The notes under the pieces: model-generated
Database searches by the model: none
Told to the model about the DNA's origin: nothing
The model's input: the letters and a program-made list of their open reading frames with translations, nothing else
Translations under genes and position numbers: made by a program
Assembly: GCA_951406725.2 (NCBI GenBank)
Contig: OX597815.1
Coordinates: 199,020,001 to 199,084,000, forward strand
DNA length: 64,000 bases
Reading direction: 5' to 3'
From: Octopus vulgaris
Taxonomy: Eukaryota
Shown here: positions 58,022-64,000 of the stretch, piece by piece
Position numbering within the stretch: position 1 is the first letter of the stretch
Layout of the letters: every line of letters begins with the position of its first letter

Positions 58022-58520
58022 TTGCCAAGCGTACTAACGATTTTTATTTCTTTATTGCCCACAAGGGCTTATACATAGAGGGAACAATCAAAGACAGACA
58101 AAATGATTAAGTCAATTACATCGAGCCCAGTGTGTAACTGGTACTTAATTTATCGACTCCGAAAGGATGAAAGGCAAAGTCGACCTCGGCGGAATTTGAA
58201 CTCAGAACGTAACGGCTGACAAAATACCGCTAAGCATTTCGCTCTGCGTGCTAACGTTTCTGCCAGCCCAACACCTTATCATTTGGTAATATTGATGGTC
58301 GAAAACAGCGGTGAGCTTGCAGAACAGTTTTCACGCTGGGCAATATACTTAGCGGCATTTCTGCGTCGTTGCGTTCTGAGTTCAAATTCCACCGAGATCA
58401 ATTTTGCTTGTCATTTTTTCGGGATCGACAAAATAAGTACCAGTTGATCACCGGAGTCGATGTAATCGACTTACCTTGCCCTTGAAATCACTCGTCTTGT
58501 GCCAAAAATTGAAAACAATA
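58022..58520. mobile_element. Two divergent Nin-domain SINEs (minus 58022-58268, plus 58306-58520)
   Basis: Family motifs as above. Confidence 0.8.
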
Positions 58521-58559
58521 TAAAATGTCGAAATGTTTTGGAGTTCTATATTACAAGAA

Positions 58560-58990
58560 CTGGGTCACTTCAGAGAGCTTTCACTTAAAAAATTAAAGAA
58601 CATAACTGATCTTGATTATGGGGGCCACCTTAAAACATTGAATCTTTATTATCTCCAGCGTCGACGCGAGCGCTAAATTATTTGGGCAATGTGGAGAATG
58701 TACTGTCAGCATGGTCCAAACAACCTTAACATCAGAATTCATCCAAGGCTGGGGGCCACGAGCCATAAGCTCCTTACACAATTCAGACTGACAACTATTA
58801 AATTCGCTACAGCACAATTTATTTTCCTCAACAGGTCCTGTTCTATTTAGCATTATCCAAAAGCAAATCAAAGAAGGAAAAGACTCCATCATCTTTAAAG
58901 AAAATCTGGACAAATTTCTTCATGAGATACCAGATAATCCACCTCACCTGGCTATATCTCAGTCAAGCAACTCCCTACGTTGATGGATCA
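58560..58990 (+). pseudogene. CR1-clade LINE ORF2 C-terminal relic
   Basis: LQRAFT*KIKNITDLDYGGHLKTLNLYYLQRRRER*I...FSSTGPVLFSII...FKENLDKFLHEIPDNP. Confidence 0.8.
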
Positions 58991-59094
58991 TGATATCACA
59001 AAACCTGACTTTAAAATGACTTTCCAGATTCTATCAGATGGTACTGTTAAGTGAAACACGGATTGGGCCAATGTTTGCTTGAAACATTCTTTTT

Positions 59095-59244
59095 CTTTTC
59101 TTTTATTAGTTTCAGTCATTTGCCTGCGGCCATGCTGGAGCACCGCCTTTAGTCGAGCAAATCGACCCCAAAACGTAAACACACCAACATCTGTTGTCAA
59201 GCGATGTTGGAGGAAAAAACACAGACACACAAACATATACATAC

Positions 59245-59275
<31 letters not shown>

Positions 59276-59437
59276 CATATGACGGGCTTCTTTCAGTTTC
59301 CGTCTACCAAATCCACTCACAAGGCTTTTGTCGGCCCGAGGCTATAGTAGAAGATACTAGCCCAAGATGCCACGCAGTGGAACTGAACTTGGAACCATGT
59401 GGTTGGTTGGGAAGCTACTTACCACACAGCCACTCCT
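59095..59437 (-). mobile_element. CORE-like tRNA SINE with internal deletion
   Basis: Reverse complement of the 45582-46046 family. Confidence 0.82.
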
Positions 59438-60127
59438 AATCCTTCTTCATAGAAAAAATATGAACGTATCATTACCTGTGTTTAATATAGAAGCTATGTA
59501 TACATCTAAACAAGTTACATATCGAACGGTTGCAAATGAAGCAGTATATTTTCCCTTCTTCCTCCCGGGATAAATATATAATCCAACTTTTGAAGCTTGT
59601 GTATCTTTGTTTAATTATCATCCGACGTGGTGGGCAGTCGTGGGATTCTTGAGATTTCACTCACTCTTCATTCTCTATAACAACAATAAACCCACGCAAT
59701 GCTGGAAATATAATTCTGCATTATGTGTGTGTGTGCGTGATTGCGAGTGTTTGCGCGTTTGTGAATATGTATGTACGTATGTAAGTGCATACGCGTTTCT
59801 AATTATACATATCTATATCCAAATTTATATATATATATACATATATATATATATGTATGCATATACATATATATATATATACATATATATATTATACATA
59901 TATATATATACATATATATATATATTATATATATATATACATATGTATGCATATATATGTATATGCATATATATGTATATATATATATATATATGCATAT
60001 ATGTATATATATATATATGCATATATATATATGTATATACATATATATGTATATATATATATATGCCTACACATATATATATGTATATATATATCTATAT
60101 GTATATATATATTCCGTTTTGGTATAT

Positions 60128-60184
60128 GGTGAGTGATTTAAATTATAAGGCACTAAAAGTGAATGACTCTCCCCAGACACAACT
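60128..60184 (+). mobile_element. 3'-end stub of the 32567 PLE-type family
   Basis: GGTGAGTGATTTAAATTATAAGGCACTAAAAGTGAATGACTCTCCCCAGACACAAC, inside a TA-rich microsatellite. Confidence 0.8.
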
Positions 60185-60201
60185 GTGAATGTATATAAAT
60201 G

Positions 60202-60235
<34 letters not shown>

Positions 60236-60984
60236 TGTATGTATGTATGTATATACATAAATGCGCACACGTATGCACATTCATACGTACGTACATACAT
60301 ACACTCGCGCACAGAAACACATAAACACACACACACACATATATATGTTTGCATATCTGAATATATATGTGATATGTGTGTATGTATGAATGTATGCATA
60401 TATATATAGGGGTATATGTCCTTATACATATAAGTGTGGGCAAATACAAACGCATAGATATACATACATAGACGCACAACAAACACCCACGTGCATATAT
60501 ATATATATATATGCATACCCATGTACGTGTGTATGTTAATATCTGTGTGCATATTGTTATGTATAGAAATTTTGTAGTATCATATTGTTTACCATAGATG
60601 TATATTAATACAAGCTAAATCTATATTCATTACAATGAAATAAATCACGGTATGATATAACCCGCCAAGCTCTCATCAAAATGTAATATATCTGTATTTA
60701 TGATTAACTTTGTAGCAAATACTTAATATATGTATAGCAACCGTGTAAATATACGTGAATACAAAACATTTTTACCACTAGTTGACTGTATAAAGAATAA
60801 TTTACTCAAATTACCTTTCATAGAAAAATAATTTTAGCGTCAGCTGGATTCTGTATGCGAATATCGTACAGTAATGTGTGTATTGTTAGTATAATGTAAT
60901 GGATCGGTAAGAAATGCCTGATCTATTAAAACTAAATGAATAGTGCATAGATTTGTGAATGGTAATGCCAGTTCTTGTTAAGGA

Positions 60985-61110
60985 AAACAAGGGCGGGAAC
61001 TTCGTAACAAACTTCTAGTGACGCCATCTTGGAAATCTCCAGAACGCATGCGCAGAGTTGGAGTCTTCCGGGAGGCCGGCCGGAAGTTCCCTCATGCCCA
61101 TGCGCAGAAA
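60985..61110. promoter_or_regulatory. CpG-rich housekeeping-type Pol II promoter
   Basis: GGGCGGG (60991), CGCCATCTT (YY1, 61022), CGCATGCGCA (NRF1, 61045), CTTCCGG (61065), CCGGAAGT (ETS, 61080) and GCCCATGCGCA (61096) within 120 bp of unique GC-rich DNA. Confidence 0.75.
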
Positions 61111-61391
61111 ACTAGCAGCAGCGAAATTCCCTCGTATCGTTCTCTCGAACGCCGACAGCTGGACAAGACAGACGCGTTTTATCAGCTTTCTCAAGCTGCT
61201 ACCTCGTGGCGTATCTCCGCTATGCTTGAACTGACAGGATTTGGCTCATTCCACTTGACTGCTGCGATAAGCTCCTAGGCTGCCAATTCACCCAGAAAGA
61301 AGAATGTATATATTGCGAATCAAGAAAGAAATATTTATACTCTTGAAGTTAATCTGAAGCCTTGACTCTTTCCTTCGATTAATATTTGAAG
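61110..61391 (+). other. Putative non-coding first exon
   Basis: Unique sequence downstream of the motif cluster, ending GAAG|GTAACG (possible donor at 61392). Confidence 0.35.
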
Positions 61392-62220
61392 GTAACGAAT
61401 GCGAGCTTCACCCTTCCAGTGCGGGGACCTCTCATCCTGTTACAAACTGATTCAAATTTCAATGGATATAGGCAACGGCGAGTGAATCGGATTTTTGTAA
61501 GAACCGAGCGTATTTCAATGTTTTTAGACCTCATGAGTAAGGGTTACATATGCACGTTAATAAGGATATTAGAGTAGTATCATATGTAGTATCAACCATG
61601 TGAAATTCTGCATTGATTTTACAATTTAAAATAAAGTCAGTGGAAAATTTTCCTGTGATTACTTTGCATGCCGGAGATAAAGTTAAATACAGGTTAACAT
61701 GCAAAATGAAAATTAAAGTTATTAGTGTCTAATTAGCTATTAGCGCCTAAACGTTGCCGGAAGTATCACTGCATATTACTAAAGAATACACTCTATTTCC
61801 AAACTAAAGTCTCACAGCAGGTTTCCATACAATTTTTAATCAAATTAACTTTCGGTTTAGTCTTAGAATTCCATGTGAAGAATTGCCACTAATGTAACTT
61901 CAGTTGATTAGAGATTCTTTGTTAGCACACTAGATTAAAGAAGTTACCACTCCCTTAAATATATGTTCCTGTTATATACATTTTTACATGCATACATACA
62001 TACATACATACATACATACATACATACATACATACATACATACGTACATACATACATACATGCATACAGATATGATTACATATATACATACATGCATACA
62101 TATAAACTGAAATATTGATAAGCAAAGAATATATATATATGATATAAATTATATATACATATATGCATATATACATATATATACAAGCCTACATATATAT
62201 GTATATATACATGCATATAT

Positions 62221-62515
62221 TGTCCTTATCCTCGAAACGCGGAGGAGATGAAACAGAGACAACTGAAGAAGGGAATATTCTGTATGTTGTGTGTCTCGTT
62301 TCTCTGTGTTTTTTCGTTGTTTGAAAAAAGTTCGTTTCTATGTATTTGTTTTTAGGTTTTCGTTTCTCATTGTTTTCAACGTTTTTTTATGTCCTGTATC
62401 CATATATGCATGTACATATACATATATATGTAGGTACGTAGATATATGTATGTATATATTCATATATTTATATATTATTTTATATTGTTATATGATCGAA
62501 CGCCACGCATCCTTT
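62221..62515. mobile_element. Diverged reverse copy of the 26731 terminal repeat
   Basis: CTGAAGAAGGGAATATTC...GGTTTTCGTTTCTCATTGT...CATATATGCATGTA...GTAGGTACGTA...CACGCATCC. Confidence 0.75.
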
Positions 62516-62564
62516 TCCATGTTTTATATATATATATATATATATATTAGATAAAAAACGAATG

Positions 62565-62700
62565 ATTTATACTTGGTAGCTTACTGGTAGAGCACGGTTA
62601 CTCTCAGAGTGGTTCGCTATGTATTTGGTTAATGAAACACAGAACATGAAGGATGCATGAATTTTTATTAATCACTACAATTGTTTCGATGCTGCAGATA
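62565..62700 (-). mobile_element. PLE-type terminal fragment with 3' half-hammerhead
   Basis: Minus strand GCAGCATC-GAAA-CAATTG-TA-GTGAT followed by AATAAA. Confidence 0.5.
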
Positions 62701-63391
62701 TGAGTTTTCGAACAATGGGAGTTTGTGCATTTTGTGATGGCATTTTGTGATGACTAGAATGTTCTTTTGTAGCTCTTTTGCCAGATTCATCATGGCTAAA
62801 AAAGAATTCTGTTTTGGAGAATTGAAAATGTTTGTTGTTGTGGATTTTGCGTTGGTTAGGGATCCCGTTTATATTTCTATTTGTGCGACGAGTCCTCGGG
62901 AGATGGGTAAATGGACAATTATGCTGTAGACATAATCTGTTACGCTGGGGATAGCGGCAGACCCTAGGGTTCCGTGTAGCATGAGTGATTTTTTTTCAAA
63001 TTCGATTTAATATTTGGTGAAGGTGGTGGTGGTGGCGGTGGTGGTGGTGGTGGTGGTAGTGGCGTTGTTTTAAATTGTGCACTTTGAAGGTAGCGGCTGT
63101 TGTGAGGAGGAATTGAACGTCTAGTCCCTCTGGTAAATGAGTGAATTTGCAATCACTGTCAATGCGCAGCCTCTTGTGTAGTGAATAGCGGTATATTTTG
63201 GGGGTTTCGTGTATAGGCTGTAAGAGGCATAGATTTTAATTTGTGTACATTTACGGAGATGTACTTGCATAGCAAGTGATTTGATCTGAGATCGTGTGCT
63301 GAAACGAAAACAATTGCAGCGTGGAAGGTGTTTGTAAGCCATTTAAGAAACACACAAAAGCCGTTCGATTCACTTCAACATTTAAGTTTAA

Positions 63392-63442
63392 TTTGTCAAA
63401 ATATTTTCGTCGCTTTAAGACCGCGACCTGTTCACTGACAAA
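63392..63442 (-). ncRNA. Hammerhead-like motif with G3:C8 swapped core
   Basis: TTTGTCA-GTGAACA-G-GTCGC-GGTCTTAAA-GCGAC-GAAA-ATAT-T-T-TGACAAA: 7-bp stem I, 5-bp stem II, palindromic AATATT stem III. Confidence 0.7.
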
Positions 63443-64000
63443 ACGTGTTTGGCAAATTCATTAAGGGGTCTTCAAGTAAGCATTTAGTTGGTTTATCACA
63501 AATTGGGAAAGTAGTAGGTTGAAGCTGTGTCTGTTGCTGTTTTTGAGGTGGTTGTTGTAGCTGTAATTGTTGATGTTGTTGTGATTCTTGCTGCTGTAAT
63601 TGTTGCTGCTGTTGAAGATATGATGGGTGGATAACAAACTCTGGTTAAATGGACTGTGAACAGCTGGAGTCTGAGAAGTTGACCGTTTCATTAAGTAGGC
63701 CGTCAATTGAAGTTGAATTAAGGAGTGTTAAAGGTTGAGGCAGGGTCAGTTGTTCCTGCTGCGGTTGTTGTTGTTGTGGTGGTAGTGGTGGTGATTGTTG
63801 TTGTTTTTGCTGAAGTGGTCGTTGTAGTTGCTGTGATGGCTATTGTGGTTACCGAGGTGGTTGTTGTTGATGTTGTTGTTGTTCTTGGTGTTGACCAGTA
63901 TTTGAAGAGAAAAACCCGTTGGAGTTTTTCAAAATGTCCGTTAATGAATTTAAATGCCATTTCAATGTGTTTAAGTTTGTTTTGAATCTGCTTCTCGGAG

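Noticed and set aside
60932-61027. Minus-strand ATG in the YY1 motif giving MASLEVCYEV...
   Set aside because: Only ~31 codons with no convincing donor or homology; the ATG is part of the motif.
63450-64000. Degenerate minus-strand reading frames (MAFKFINGHF...) upstream of the G3:C8 hammerhead
   Set aside because: May be PLE-associated but has no recognisable domain; low-complexity and truncated by the window end.

Overview
AT-rich, repeat-dominated metazoan genomic DNA. The SINE families and microsatellite load resemble an octopus/coleoid cephalopod genome; this is inference from recall, not a search. No intact protein-coding gene is supported, and almost all listed ORFs are microsatellite or SINE artefacts. 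Content: (i) very abundant (TA)n, (TG)n, (GATA)n, (TAA)n and (TAG)n arrays; (ii) at least four tRNA-derived SINE families (Nin/Deu-domain, often multimeric; CORE-like; Meta-domain-like; one with an 11-bp TSD); (iii) LINE relics (R4/Dong RLE-type in TAA repeats, L1/Tx1, CR1); (iv) DNA transposon relics (mariner transposase pseudogene, Tigger-like and hAT-like MITEs, non-autonomous Helitrons); (v) a Penelope-like (PLE) GIY-YIG pseudogene; (vi) a CpG-rich YY1/NRF1/ETS housekeeping-type promoter near 61 kb. The most interesting signal is a set of small PLE-type elements carrying minimal type I hammerhead ribozyme motifs with palindromic stem III. Their core 3:8 pair occurs in three Watson-Crick states: C3:G8 (21.0 and 42.5 kb), U3:A8 (32.65 kb) and G3:C8 (63.4 kb). 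One hammerhead sits behind a tRNA-like Pol III head (42.4-42.8 kb). Coordinates were counted by eye and may be off by a few bases.
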